From assembly GCA_937136755.1 (NCBI GenBank), contig CAKZOR010000137.1:5032-69031 (forward strand): a stretch of DNA of 64,000 bases, read 5' to 3'. Below, in pieces: positions 36,134 through 46,437 of this stretch. The translations under genes and the position numbers were made by a program. The DNA is from an uncultured Flavobacteriaceae bacterium. Its GTDB lineage: Bacteria; Bacteroidota; Bacteroidia; Flavobacteriales; Flavobacteriaceae. How positions within the stretch are numbered: position 1 is the stretch's first letter; each line of letters starts with the position of its first letter. The notes below the pieces were generated by a model that was not told the DNA's origin, ran no database searches, and saw only the letters and a program-made list of their open reading frames with translations.

Positions 36134-37471
36134 ATGGGGTATACGATTATAAAGAATGGAACTTTAGTCAATGAGGGTTTGGCCTTTCAGGCCGACGTCT
36201 TAATCAAAGACCACTTTATTGAAAAGATAGGTAAAGATCTTTCTCATCCCAATGCTACTGTAGTAGAGGCAAATGGCATGTGGGTGTTACCAGGAATTAT
36301 AGACGATCAAGTCCATTTTAGAGAACCGGGTCTCACGCATAAAGGCACTATATATTCGGAGAGTAGGGCAGCTGTAGCAGGAGGCATAACGACCTTTATG
36401 GAACAACCAAACACCAACCCACAAACCACAACAATTGAAGCCTTAGAGGCTAAGTTTGCTTTGGGAGCACAAAGCTCCTTTGCCAATTACGCCTTCCCGT
36501 TTGGTGGGACCAATGACAATTTAGAGGAATTAAAGCGTTTGGATAAAAACGCTACATCTAATGTAAAGTTATTTTTGGGATCCTCTACTGGAAATATGCT
36601 CGTAGACAACCAGAAAGTATTAGAAGGTATCTTTAAAAACACCGAATTGGTAATTTGCACCCATTGTGAAGACGAAGGGACCATTAGAGCAAATATGGCT
36701 GCTTTTACGGAGCGTTACGGTGAAGACATCCCTATGGACGCCCACCCTAAAATTCGCTCTGAAGAAGCCTGTTATTTGTCTTCTTCAAAAGCTGTTGCAT
36801 TGGCTAAAGAAACTGGTGCAAGGCTACACGTTTTTCACCTCTCTACAGCGAAAGAAACGGCCTTATTTAGAAATGACATTCCTTTAAAAGACAAAAAAAT
36901 TACGGCAGAGGTGTGTTTACACCACCTTTGGTTTTCACAGGAAGATTATGCAGAAAAAGGAAGCTTAATTAAATGGAATCCAGCCGTTAAAACAGCCAAT
37001 GACAGAGCTGGTTTATGGGAGGCCTTATTAGATGATCGTATAGATATAATCGCAACAGATCACGCCCCCCATACTTTAGAAGAAAAACAGCAGAAGTATG
37101 CCAAAGCACCTTCTGGAGGTCCTCTAGTGCAACATGCTTTGGTGGGAATGCTAGAGAAGGTAGACCAAGGCGTACTTTCTTTGCCAACCATGGTTCAAAA
37201 AATGTGTCATAATCCAGCTATTCTATTTGACATAGACAGACGTGGCTTTTTAAGAGAAGGCTATTATGCAGACTTGGTTTTGGTAAAACCCAACAGCCCC
37301 TGGACTGTAAGTGCTGAAAATATTGTCGCCTTATGTGGTTGGTCTCCTTTTACAGGGACACGTTTTTCAAATAGCGTTCACAAAACTTTTGTCAATGGTC
37401 ATTTGGCTTATGACAACGGATTGATCAGTGATCACAAAAATGCCATGAGACTTAATTTTAACAGAGATTAA
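36134..37471 (+). CDS. pyrC: dihydroorotase
   Basis: PGIIDDQVHFREPG, KLFLGSSTG, HCED, HVFHLST, KWNP, ATDHAPH. Confidence 0.9.
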   Translation: MGYTIIKNGTLVNEGLAFQADVLIKDHFIEKIGKDLSHPNATVVEANGMWVLPGIIDDQVHFREPGLTHKGTIYSESRAAVAGGITTFMEQPNTNPQTTTIEALEAKFALGAQSSFANYAFPFGGTNDNLEELKRLDKNATSNVKLFLGSSTGNMLVDNQKVLEGIFKNTELVICTHCEDEGTIRANMAAFTERYGEDIPMDAHPKIRSEEACYLSSSKAVALAKETGARLHVFHLSTAKETALFRNDIPLKDKKITAEVCLHHLWFSQEDYAEKGSLIKWNPAVKTANDRAGLWEALLDDRIDIIATDHAPHTLEEKQQKYAKAPSGGPLVQHALVGMLEKVDQGVLSLPTMVQKMCHNPAILFDIDRRGFLREGYYADLVLVKPNSPWTVSAENIVALCGWSPFTGTRFSNSVHKTFVNGHLAYDNGLISDHKNAMRLNFNRD

Positions 37472-37472
37472 T

Positions 37473-37832
37473 ATGAAGCAATTGTTCTTTTTTGCCCTGC
37501 TTACTTTTGGACTTTCTTGTAGCAACCAAGTGGTGCCTAAACCAGAAAAAGTGTTGTCTTTGGATCAAATGGAATCTATAGTATATGACATGGCCGTGTT
37601 AAATGCAGCAGTAACGGCAGACAGGTCTCAGTTCAAAGAACAGTCTATTACCCCATTGGGATACATTTATAAAAAGTACGATATAGACAGTACGGTGTAC
37701 GCTCAAAATGACTTGTATTACGCCTCAAAGCCATTGCAATACGAGATTATATACCGTAGGGTAGAGAAACGCCTACAGGCCTTAAAAACCAATTACGACG
37801 AGGCAGCTAAAGCTTCTAGTGCTCTGGAATAA
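37473..37832 (+). CDS. DUF4296 lipoprotein
   Basis: Lipobox GLSC, PKPE, IYKKYDIDS...YY. Confidence 0.8.
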   Translation: MKQLFFFALLTFGLSCSNQVVPKPEKVLSLDQMESIVYDMAVLNAAVTADRSQFKEQSITPLGYIYKKYDIDSTVYAQNDLYYASKPLQYEIIYRRVEKRLQALKTNYDEAAKASSALE

Positions 37833-37842
37833 TTGAGTTCCT

Positions 37843-38850
37843 TTAGGGAATATTGTGTTTAAATAGCTTACAGCATTCTGCGATTACTTTATTAATAGGG
37901 GTATATTCCATAGGTAACATTTGACTGGATTTATTGGAATCGTAAAAATCTCTAGATCTGAGCCCTTTTAGGGTGTGTTTTGTTATTTTTCTGTCGCTCT
38001 TTAAAAACAAACCCTTAATAAAATCTAAGCGCCAAAGAATTTCAAGGACCCAAAAAGGCAGTTGATAGGTTGGTTTTTTTAACCTAAATCCATCTGCCAT
38101 ATATCCAAATAGCTCCTGGTAAGAAATATTTTCTGAGACACAAATAAAACGTTCTCCCCATTTTTTTGTTTTAACACTTAACAGCATGGCGTTCACAACA
38201 TCATTAACTCCAACGAAACCTGAGCCACCAGGAAAATAGAACGGGCTGCCTTTTTGAGCAAATGAAAACAATTTACCACTCCCTTTTTTCCAAAATCCAG
38301 GACCCAGAATTACACCGGGATTTATAATAGTGGCAGAAAGTCCTTCCCAAATACCCCTCCACACTTCTAGTTCTGCTTGGTACTTTGTAAGGGCGTATAC
38401 ATTTGGATCGCTAATGTTCCAATCCGTCTCCTCTGTGATGTGTTTTTGGGTATCTGATTTTCCAAGTGCCGCAATGGAACTCACATAACAAAAAGCACTC
38501 ACCTTGAAGTCTAAGGCAAGATTAACCATGTTAGCCGTTCCAGTAACATTGACAGATTTAAGGATTTTGTATGCACTGGGATCAAAAGAGATATGAGCAG
38601 CACAGTGATATACCGTGTTAACTTCTTTAAAAGCAATACGGAGTCCCTCTAGGTCCAATATATCTCCAAGCACCCATTCTATGGTCTTATAGCGAGCTAA
38701 GTCAAGGTCGCCGTATGAAATAAATAATTTCTTTACGGCCTCTAATCCTTTTACATCTCTGTAAATAGCCCTACACAGCTGACGGTCTTTACATAGGTTA
38801 AAAAGAAGATGGGCACCTACCAAGCCGGTACCTCCAGTAACGAGTATCAT
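37843..38850 (-). CDS. NAD-dependent epimerase/dehydratase family protein
   Basis: ILVTGGTGLVG, VYHCAA, YVSSIAALG, YALTK (YxxxK). Confidence 0.92.
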   Translation of the reverse strand: MILVTGGTGLVGAHLLFNLCKDRQLCRAIYRDVKGLEAVKKLFISYGDLDLARYKTIEWVLGDILDLEGLRIAFKEVNTVYHCAAHISFDPSAYKILKSVNVTGTANMVNLALDFKVSAFCYVSSIAALGKSDTQKHITEETDWNISDPNVYALTKYQAELEVWRGIWEGLSATIINPGVILGPGFWKKGSGKLFSFAQKGSPFYFPGGSGFVGVNDVVNAMLLSVKTKKWGERFICVSENISYQELFGYMADGFRLKKPTYQLPFWVLEILWRLDFIKGLFLKSDRKITKHTLKGLRSRDFYDSNKSSQMLPMEYTPINKVIAECCKLFKHNIP

Positions 38851-38889
38851 ATTATCAAAATTACGTTTTTTATTCCCTATTTTTGCCCC

Positions 38890-39927
38890 ATGAAAGCTAT
38901 TTTTCCTACTCCTTTTTCTTTAGAAAATACCCAAGAGGTATTTAAAGCCTATGCGTTGGAATTATTTGCATTTCAATATAAATACAATGCGGTATACCAC
39001 GAATTTTGTAGCTTACTCAAAAAGACTCCTGAGCAAGTTCAAACCATTGAGGATATTCCCTTTTTACCTATTTCATTCTTTAAGACCCACCAGGTGGTTA
39101 CTCAGATGCCTATTGAACCGGCAACAGTTTTTCCTGATACTAAATCTGTAGATAAAAATACAGGGTTGGCTTTTTGTTTTACTTCTAGTGGTACTACTGG
39201 ATCTGAAACATCAAAGCATTATGTCCCTGACCTCTCGCTTTATGAAGCTAGTTATATGGCTGCTTTTGAGATTTTTTATGGCCCTGTAGAAAACTACTGT
39301 GTATTGGCTTTATTGCCTGCATATTTAGAGAGGGAGGGATCTTCTTTAATTTATATGGCAGAAGATCTCATTGCAAAAAGCGGCCACGCTCAATCTGGTT
39401 TCTACCTACATAATCACGAAGCACTTTATAAAACTTTATTAGAATTAGAGTCCAAAAACACGCCTGTATTTTTGATCGGAGTTTCTTTTGCTTTACTAGA
39501 TTTTAGCGAAAAATATTCTATGTCTTTAAAAAATACCATTGTAATGGAAACTGGTGGCATGAAAGGCAGGCGAAAAGAGATGATCAGAGAGGCGCTTCAC
39601 GAAAATTTAAGCAAGGGTTTTGGCGTTTCTAAAATTCATTCAGAATATGGAATGACAGAGCTTTTATCTCAGGCCTACTCCAAAGGGGACGGTGTTTTTA
39701 ACACCCCTCCATGGATGAAAATACTGATCAGAGATACGGAAGACCCTTTTAATTATGTGGGCGACGAAAAAACAGGAGGCGTTAACGTCATTGATTTTGC
39801 CAACATTCATTCTTGCGCATTTATTGCCACTCAAGATCTAGGAAAGACTTTTAAAAACAAAGACTTCTCTATATTAGGTCGTTTTGACAATGCCGCTATT
39901 AGGGGTTGTAATTTATTGGTGCCTTAG
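38890..39927 (+). CDS. LuxE-like acyl-protein synthetase / acyltransferase
   Basis: IPFLPISFFK, FTSSGTTG, METGGMKGR, SEYGMTEL, ATQDLG, LGRFD...RGC. Start moved to ATG 38890. Confidence 0.85.
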   Translation: MKAIFPTPFSLENTQEVFKAYALELFAFQYKYNAVYHEFCSLLKKTPEQVQTIEDIPFLPISFFKTHQVVTQMPIEPATVFPDTKSVDKNTGLAFCFTSSGTTGSETSKHYVPDLSLYEASYMAAFEIFYGPVENYCVLALLPAYLEREGSSLIYMAEDLIAKSGHAQSGFYLHNHEALYKTLLELESKNTPVFLIGVSFALLDFSEKYSMSLKNTIVMETGGMKGRRKEMIREALHENLSKGFGVSKIHSEYGMTELLSQAYSKGDGVFNTPPWMKILIRDTEDPFNYVGDEKTGGVNVIDFANIHSCAFIATQDLGKTFKNKDFSILGRFDNAAIRGCNLLVP

Positions 39928-40015
39928 CAGTTTTTTTGTCAATATTGGATTAGAGATTTACTGTAATCTAATTTTAAAGAGGGTTTTTGTATCAGGCGGA
40001 TACTGTGCTAAAACC

Positions 40016-41311
40016 CTATTCAAAAACTAGTATAAAGTAGTTCTTTTTTCCCCTTTGCAACAACACATACTTCTGATCAATCAGGTCTTTCTGTCGTATT
40101 AAATACGTTTCACCCACCTTTTCTTTATTAACAGAAATAGCGTTTTGTTTTAATTCTCTTCTGGCTTCGCCATTGGATTTTAAAAAGCCAGTTTCAGCAG
40201 ATAAAGCTGCGATCATATCCAATCCGTTTTCCAAATTCGAAATAGGAAGTATTGCTTGAGGAACGCCTTCAAAAACCTCTAAAAAGGTTTGGGTATCTAA
40301 GGCTTTTACCGCCTCTGCAGTAGTTTTTCCAAATAAAATATCACTGGCTTTTACGGCATTTTCATAAGCCTCATGACCATGTACTGCTGTAGTTACTTCC
40401 TTAGCAAGATTTTTTTGAAGCAGCCTTAAATGAGGCGCATCTTGGTGATCTATAACCAATTTAGCAATGGTTTCTTGGTCTAGTAAGGTGAATATTTTAA
40501 TATATTTCTCTGCATCTACATCAGAGGTATTTAGCCAATATTGAAAAAATGCATAAGGAGAGGTTCTGTTGGCGTCTAACCAAATGTTACCCCCTTCTGT
40601 TTTCCCAAATTTAGTTCCGTCTGCTTTAGTAATCAGTGGGCAAGTTAATGCGTATCCTTTACCTCCTCCAATTCTCCTGATGAGTTCTGTTCCGGTAGTG
40701 ATATTTCCCCACTGGTCAGACCCACCCATCTGTAAGGTACACTGGAAGTTTTTGTACAGGTGTAAAAAGTCATATCCTTGAACCAATTGATAGGTAAACT
40801 CAGTAAATGACATGCCCTCAGCAGCTTCTGAGGAAAGCCTTTTTTTTACAGAGTCTTTGGCCATCATATAGTTTACGGTAATGTGTTTTCCTACGTCTCT
40901 AATAAAGGATAGAAAAGAAAAATCTTTCATCCAGTCGTAATTATTTACAAGAACGGCTGCATTAGGCGCCTGTGAATCAAAGTCTAAAAACCTAGACAGT
41001 TGTTCTTTTAAAGCGGCTTGGTTGTGTCTTAGGGTGGCTTCATCCAGTAAATTTCGCTCATTTGATTTTCCTGACGGATCACCAATCATTCCTGTAGCTC
41101 CACCAATTAATGCATAGGGTTTATGTCCCGCAATTTGAAAATGCTTTAATAGCATAACCCCTACTAAATGACCTATATGTAAAGAGTCTGCTGTAGGATC
41201 TATACCCAAATATGCAGCGCGCATTTCACTTAATAAGTGTTCCTCAGTTTCCGGCATGACGTCGTGCAACATACCCCTCCATTTCAATTCAGCAATAAAA
41301 TTTGTAAGCAT
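40016..41311 (-). CDS. tyrS: tyrosine--tRNA ligase
   Basis: [31 protein letters not shown]-terminal S4 domain. Start is 41311 or 41323. Confidence 0.98.
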   Translation of the reverse strand: MLTNFIAELKWRGMLHDVMPETEEHLLSEMRAAYLGIDPTADSLHIGHLVGVMLLKHFQIAGHKPYALIGGATGMIGDPSGKSNERNLLDEATLRHNQAALKEQLSRFLDFDSQAPNAAVLVNNYDWMKDFSFLSFIRDVGKHITVNYMMAKDSVKKRLSSEAAEGMSFTEFTYQLVQGYDFLHLYKNFQCTLQMGGSDQWGNITTGTELIRRIGGGKGYALTCPLITKADGTKFGKTEGGNIWLDANRTSPYAFFQYWLNTSDVDAEKYIKIFTLLDQETIAKLVIDHQDAPHLRLLQKNLAKEVTTAVHGHEAYENAVKASDILFGKTTAEAVKALDTQTFLEVFEGVPQAILPISNLENGLDMIAALSAETGFLKSNGEARRELKQNAISVNKEKVGETYLIRQKDLIDQKYVLLQRGKKNYFILVFE

Positions 41312-41400
41312 TCTCAGTTCCATAAAAGATTAGAAAGACAAATATAACTTTTATTCGAAAGAAAATCCGGAGAGGACGGATGGAAAATAGGAAGGGAATT

Positions 41401-41715
41401 TTATTTGATCACGAGTTTCCTAGTGCTGCTTTTTGCTTCAGCAAAGATTTTAATCACATAAATACCAGGCTTGATCTTTGGAAGGGCCAACTCTTTTGTT
41501 TTGAGGATTTTCTCAAGTACTGGGGTGCCAAAAACGTCAAATAAAATAATTTTTTTTGGGGCTACGAGGTCTGTCTCAATGAATACTTTGCCTTGGGTCA
41601 CTGGATTGGGATAAATTTTTAGCCCAGGAATTTCTACAGACTCATTTTGCTGTGCAAAACCAGCAGCAAACACAAATAATAAAAGTATGTAGAGGACTTT
41701 TTTCAAAAAAAACAT
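41401..41715 (-). CDS. small protein consisting of a signal peptide plus a T9SS type-A sorting domain
   Basis: Signal peptide ending AGFA-Q, then directly LKIYPNPV...KPGIYVIKI...TRKLVIK. Exact start uncertain. Confidence 0.85.
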   Translation of the reverse strand: MFFLKKVLYILLLFVFAAGFAQQNESVEIPGLKIYPNPVTQGKVFIETDLVAPKKIILFDVFGTPVLEKILKTKELALPKIKPGIYVIKIFAEAKSSTRKLVIK

Positions 41716-41743
41716 CTTTAGCACAATAAAGATACATTTTTTT

Positions 41744-41771
41744 TGTTACGACAGTCTTAATGAGTTGTTAA
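41744..41771 (-). promoter_or_regulatory. putative OmpR/PhoB-type binding array (three hexamers at 11-bp phase)
   Basis: Minus strand TTAACA-N5-TTAAGA-N5-GTAACA, immediately upstream of a TATCTTTA -7-like element (41727-41734). Confidence 0.55.
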
Positions 41772-41797
41772 CGAGTCCCTTGATCTGTGCAGAGCGC

Positions 41798-41826
41798 AAA
41801 AAAAACCCGGCTGGAAGCCGGGTTTT
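41798..41826 (-). terminator. intrinsic terminator after the TonB-dependent receptor
   Basis: AAAACCCGGCT-GGA-AGCCGGGTTTT with a U-run on the minus strand. Confidence 0.85.
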
Positions 41827-41847
41827 AAAACTAAATAATAAAAACAA

Positions 41848-44661
41848 TTAAAATTTATAGCCAAATGCTAAGGATACATTTACCCCTGGATTAAGGCTAG
41901 AAAAAATAAAATCTGTGTTTCCAAAATAATCAAACCTGCTTTCAATAGCATCATTTAATAAGTTGTCTACCTTTAGCGTAAGTGTTTTCTTTTTGTTTTC
42001 ACCAAAACGTTTACTTGCATTTAAGTTTAAACTGTGGAAAGGTTCCGTAAAAACATCTGGGAACTGTCCAACACCAATCACTTGTAAAGCCCTACCCTGA
42101 ACATTGTAAAACAACCCAGCTTCAAAATCACTTTCAAATAAGTCATAAGTGATTCCTGCATTAACCAAGTACGGAGACTGTCCTTGTAATTTTCGGAAAG
42201 TGTCTATTTTTCTATCTCCAGCTACAGATTGGCGTGCAATTAATTCATTTTCAGACATTTCTAATTTAGACACAATTAATGAGGAATTTATATTAAAAGA
42301 CACACGATAATTGTCATTCGAATACAAGGAATTTCTCATTTCCAATTCTATTCCATAAACAATTGCTTCCTCGGTATTTCTCGCAATTAAAGTATTGGGG
42401 GTAGTTACATCAAAATAATTAATTTCTATTGGGTTTTCGAAGCTTTTATAAAAACCACTAATAGCCATAAACCTATTCTCTTCACCATAGTGCTCCCAAC
42501 GAACATCAAAGTTGTCAATGTAGGTGGGTTTTAAATCAACATTACCAACAAAGAATCGCTCCGTTATTGGATCATAGATATTGGCTGCTGAGTTTTCTTT
42601 AAAACTTGGACGTGCAGTGGTCATTGAGTAAGAAGCTCTAATGTTGGTGTCTTCGTCTACCGAATAAATAAAGTTTGCAGACGGATAAAAATCCTGGACA
42701 TCTATAAACTCCTCATCATTATATACCTCTCCTGAAACATCTTGACCAGAATACAACACATTATATTGTTCATACCTTACCCCCAAAGTAGCTTTCAACT
42801 TTTCTGAAACATTTAATTCTGTAGAAAGATAGGCTCCTACTGTTTCATTTTGAGCTTCATATTGGTTAGTGGGCTGGTAGTCTCCAATTACAAAAGATCC
42901 AGTGTCTCTAGTAGCATTCCAAACAAAGCTAGAGTTTAGGATATTGTCATAATTCCCATCTAAATCCATTGAGTTACCTCTGTAACCAATGGAGAATAGA
43001 TCTGTTCCAAACTCTCTGTCTTTGGTGTTATATGCAACTCCAATTTTTAATTTATTCCCTGCTTTGCCAAATAATTTAAAGTCATATTTTAAATCTGCTT
43101 TTGCAGAAACGCCATATTCTTCTAGATCTCTCCAAAGCCTTAACGGAAGTGCTGTAGAAGAATTGTCTATAATTTTATTTCCGTTATTCAAAACATTGAA
43201 TACAGATTTTCTAAAGTCAATATCTCTTACCCTAACAACAGAGGGAGCGAACTTCCAATCAAATGAAAACTTGTCACTCAATCGATAGGCTCCAGAAAAT
43301 GGAACCGTTAAGATCTCTCTTTCTGTGTGTGTCATAGTATTAGTAATTCCAGAATAAGGATTTTCAATATAGTCTTCTATGATTCCATCGAATCCGTTAC
43401 TTTCTCCACTTCTAATTGCAAGGATAGTTGCATTATGCTTAAAGCTTCCGGTCTTTAGTGAAATACCCAAAAGACCACTTGCAATGGATTGGATTGACCC
43501 TAGTTCTCCTTCTTGACCGTCAAAATCTTGTTGTTCACCATTTCTAACAGCAACACTTCTATTGACCACACTTTCATAATAATCTGTATCTAATTTATAA
43601 TTCATAGAAGCAATAAAACCAATAGATACTTTTTCAGAGATATTATACTGGTTAGACGCGGTCCCACCAATACTGTAATCCATAAAATTATTTTCCCTAC
43701 TCACACCCATTTGTTTTGTAAAGGCGTTTGTACTTGAAATTAAAAATGCTTCTTGTTGGGCATTATTCACGTTTACAGGCCTTGGAAAATTAACTACAGA
43801 ATTAAAGGGCAGCTCATTTGCTCCACTGTCAAAAGACAAAGCATTGAGAGAATAATCGGGAAGTGTAGGAGCATTTTTAAAATTAGTACTTGTATTATAA
43901 CCTGCAGAAACCGAAACACTGTATTCAGGTATCGCTGAAAAATCTTTTAAAATAACATCTACTAAACCACCCGTAAAGTCTGCTGGTAAATCTGCACTTG
44001 CAGATTTACTAATTAAGATATTATCAATCAAATTGGTAGGAAATACATCTAATTGAAGGGTATTTCTATCAGGGTCTAATCCAGGCACTTCTACATTTCC
44101 TAAAAGTGTTTTAGAATATCGGTCTCCTAACCCCCTTACATACACAAACTTTCCTCCTTGAACAGAAACACCAGGTATTCTTTTAATGGCTGCCGCTACA
44201 TCTCCATCTCCAGACTTTTTCATGGTCTGAGCAGATAAACCATCTAAGAGCGTTATGGCTCCTTTCTGTATAGCCAGTACTGCTGCCTCATTATTTTTTT
44301 TGGCAGATACTGTGATCACGACTTCTTCTAATTGGTTAGAACTCGGATTTAAAGTGACATTTACTTGGACTTCATCATTAGTTCCTACCTCCACATCGCT
44401 AATTACTTTGGTCTCATAACCTAAATAAGAAAACTCTACTTCGTAAATTCCTTCTGATTTAACAATTATAGAATAGCGTCCTTCAAAGTCTGTAATTGAG
44501 CCGAGAGTACTTTGGGTTTGTCCCTTTTCACGTACAATAACATTGGCAAAAGCGAGCGGTTCATTAAAATCGCCGTCCATGACAAGTCCTGAAATAGCAG
44601 ATTGAGCAAATGCAGCTTGGAAAGCTACTGTCAAGAACAAGAATAATATTTTTTTCTTCAT
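41848..44661 (-). CDS. TonB-dependent receptor with an N-terminal CarboxypepD_reg-like domain
   Basis: Signal peptide, EPLAFANV..TDFEGRY, LEEVVITV, plug GKFVYVRGLGDRY, LQGQSPYLVNAG, terminal F. Confidence 0.93.
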   Translation of the reverse strand: MKKKILFLFLTVAFQAAFAQSAISGLVMDGDFNEPLAFANVIVREKGQTQSTLGSITDFEGRYSIIVKSEGIYEVEFSYLGYETKVISDVEVGTNDEVQVNVTLNPSSNQLEEVVITVSAKKNNEAAVLAIQKGAITLLDGLSAQTMKKSGDGDVAAAIKRIPGVSVQGGKFVYVRGLGDRYSKTLLGNVEVPGLDPDRNTLQLDVFPTNLIDNILISKSASADLPADFTGGLVDVILKDFSAIPEYSVSVSAGYNTSTNFKNAPTLPDYSLNALSFDSGANELPFNSVVNFPRPVNVNNAQQEAFLISSTNAFTKQMGVSRENNFMDYSIGGTASNQYNISEKVSIGFIASMNYKLDTDYYESVVNRSVAVRNGEQQDFDGQEGELGSIQSIASGLLGISLKTGSFKHNATILAIRSGESNGFDGIIEDYIENPYSGITNTMTHTEREILTVPFSGAYRLSDKFSFDWKFAPSVVRVRDIDFRKSVFNVLNNGNKIIDNSSTALPLRLWRDLEEYGVSAKADLKYDFKLFGKAGNKLKIGVAYNTKDREFGTDLFSIGYRGNSMDLDGNYDNILNSSFVWNATRDTGSFVIGDYQPTNQYEAQNETVGAYLSTELNVSEKLKATLGVRYEQYNVLYSGQDVSGEVYNDEEFIDVQDFYPSANFIYSVDEDTNIRASYSMTTARPSFKENSAANIYDPITERFFVGNVDLKPTYIDNFDVRWEHYGEENRFMAISGFYKSFENPIEINYFDVTTPNTLIARNTEEAIVYGIELEMRNSLYSNDNYRVSFNINSSLIVSKLEMSENELIARQSVAGDRKIDTFRKLQGQSPYLVNAGITYDLFESDFEAGLFYNVQGRALQVIGVGQFPDVFTEPFHSLNLNASKRFGENKKKTLTLKVDNLLNDAIESRFDYFGNTDFIFSSLNPGVNVSLAFGYKF

Positions 44662-44683
44662 GTATGTATTTTTTATACAACAA

Positions 44684-44710
44684 AAGAATAGCTCTAGGAG
44701 AGCTATTCTT
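44684..44710 (-). terminator. intercistronic 12-bp hairpin (leaky terminator or stabiliser)
   Basis: AAGAATAGCTCT-AGG-AGAGCTATTCTT between the lipoprotein and receptor genes. Confidence 0.65.
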
Positions 44711-44737
44711 AAGTGTTAAGTATGGTATGTTTTTTTG

Positions 44738-46132
44738 TTAGTTGAAAAATTGTGTCCAACCAAATACAGACTCATCTGCACCTTTACCTGATGGTCTAGT
44801 AGTACTCACTGAAATCCAAGTGGCAGAAGCCTCTTCTACTTGCCCACCTATAACTGTAGTTTTAGAATCAGAAGTTACAACAATGAAATCTTTGAAATTA
44901 AGTTTTCCTTCTGCAGTAGTTGTTCCAGCACCATCATAAGTATCTGCATCAATTCCACCAAGTGTTGTTCCAGCTGGGAAGTCTACAAACAATACGTTTT
45001 CATTAAATCCAGTAGCATCTGATTTCCAGTTACCAAAAGTGTCGAATTTAGCAGCATCTGATCTTCCGTAAGCAGTTACATTTTTAACAGTGTACTCTCC
45101 TAAGATTGCATCGTTAGGCTCTTCAGTTCCATCAATTTCAAAAACAGTATCTGAACCTGGAGCCATAATAACTACAGCATTACTTATTGTTCCGTCATAT
45201 GCTTGATCTAAATCAATACCATCGTCATCAAAATTTGCAATGACAATGTTGGTAACATTAACAGCACCACCAAAAATTTCAATCCCGTCGTCTTCTGAAC
45301 CAATAAGCTCAATATTTTCAATTACAGTTCCTGAACCAACTCCACCCATAGTTAATCCTTGTAATTCGTTACCAGGAGAAACTGCAGTACCTGTGTGACG
45401 AATAGACACATATTTCATAGTACCAGAACTTTCAGCATTATTTGAGCCACCATATTTTGTAAACTCATATCCAGAAACAACCCCTTCAATGTTAGCTTCT
45501 CCATTGGCAGCACCTACTACACCATTACCAAGAATGATTACAGAACCCCAAAGACCTTTATCAGTTACAGAACGGTTTGGAGAAGTAGACCCATTAGCGT
45601 ATACTATTTGATCATTTGCATCAGTGAAAATGATTGGCTTATCTGCCGTTCCAACTGCTTCAATTTTAGCACCTTTAGCCACAATCAAAACAGTAGCATT
45701 TGCTCCTGTACCAGCAGCTGCTTTTACAATAGTTCCTGCTTCAACAGTTAAAGTAGCACCATCTTCTACTACAATTTTACCATCCATTAACCAAATTTTG
45801 TCATTGGTCCAAGTTGTGTTAGAAGAAATATATGTTACTCCACCGGTTCCAACACGTACAACTGTTGGGTTTGCCAATGCATCTGCGGCACTTAAAGCCG
45901 CTTCAATTGCACCGTCAATGTCTAAAGTAGCCAAACCAGAATTTACGGCCTGTGTTGCTGCAGCAGCAGCAGCGTCTGCAATTTCTTGAGTATTAGGGTA
46001 GTTTTGTAATGCAGCAGCAACCGCAGCATCTACAATTTTTTGAACTTCAGCACTGTCTACAACGGCTTCAGTTTCACATGAAGTGAATAAAATTGCTCCA
46101 GAGAATAAAAGAGCTAAAATTGATTTTTTCAT
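44738..46132 (-). CDS. surface lipoprotein with a beta-helix-like domain and an Ala-rich N-terminal segment
   Basis: Lipobox FTSC; GATLTVEAGT, AVGTADKPIIFT, GLWGSVIILG, SSGTMKYVSIRH, NELQGLTMGGVGSGT, DDGIEIFGG. Confidence 0.85.
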   Translation of the reverse strand: MKKSILALLFSGAILFTSCETEAVVDSAEVQKIVDAAVAAALQNYPNTQEIADAAAAAATQAVNSGLATLDIDGAIEAALSAADALANPTVVRVGTGGVTYISSNTTWTNDKIWLMDGKIVVEDGATLTVEAGTIVKAAAGTGANATVLIVAKGAKIEAVGTADKPIIFTDANDQIVYANGSTSPNRSVTDKGLWGSVIILGNGVVGAANGEANIEGVVSGYEFTKYGGSNNAESSGTMKYVSIRHTGTAVSPGNELQGLTMGGVGSGTVIENIELIGSEDDGIEIFGGAVNVTNIVIANFDDDGIDLDQAYDGTISNAVVIMAPGSDTVFEIDGTEEPNDAILGEYTVKNVTAYGRSDAAKFDTFGNWKSDATGFNENVLFVDFPAGTTLGGIDADTYDGAGTTTAEGKLNFKDFIVVTSDSKTTVIGGQVEEASATWISVSTTRPSGKGADESVFGWTQFFN

Positions 46133-46437
46133 CTTTTAAAAATTTGTTTTAATTAGTTTGGAGCAAATGTATGTGGTTAAAACACTTTTACTTTTAGCTT
46201 AATGTTAAGTGTTTCTCTATCTGTGTTAACTTATTGTTTTATTGAGTGAGGATACTATTTTATGTAGCGCTCCATTTTAACGTTACAATACCACGATATT
46301 TTAATGATCCCATATAATTCAATCATTTAAGAAGGTTTTTGTCATTTATCTAAATGTTAACAGATTAAATCAATGTTAAGCTCGTCTGAGATATAAGTAT
46401 TATATTTACTTTTGAGCATTAACCATGTTTTTCAACC

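Noticed and set aside
38890..39927. Bioluminescence (lux) operon
   Set aside because: Only a LuxE-like gene is present; no luxAB, luxC or luxD nearby.
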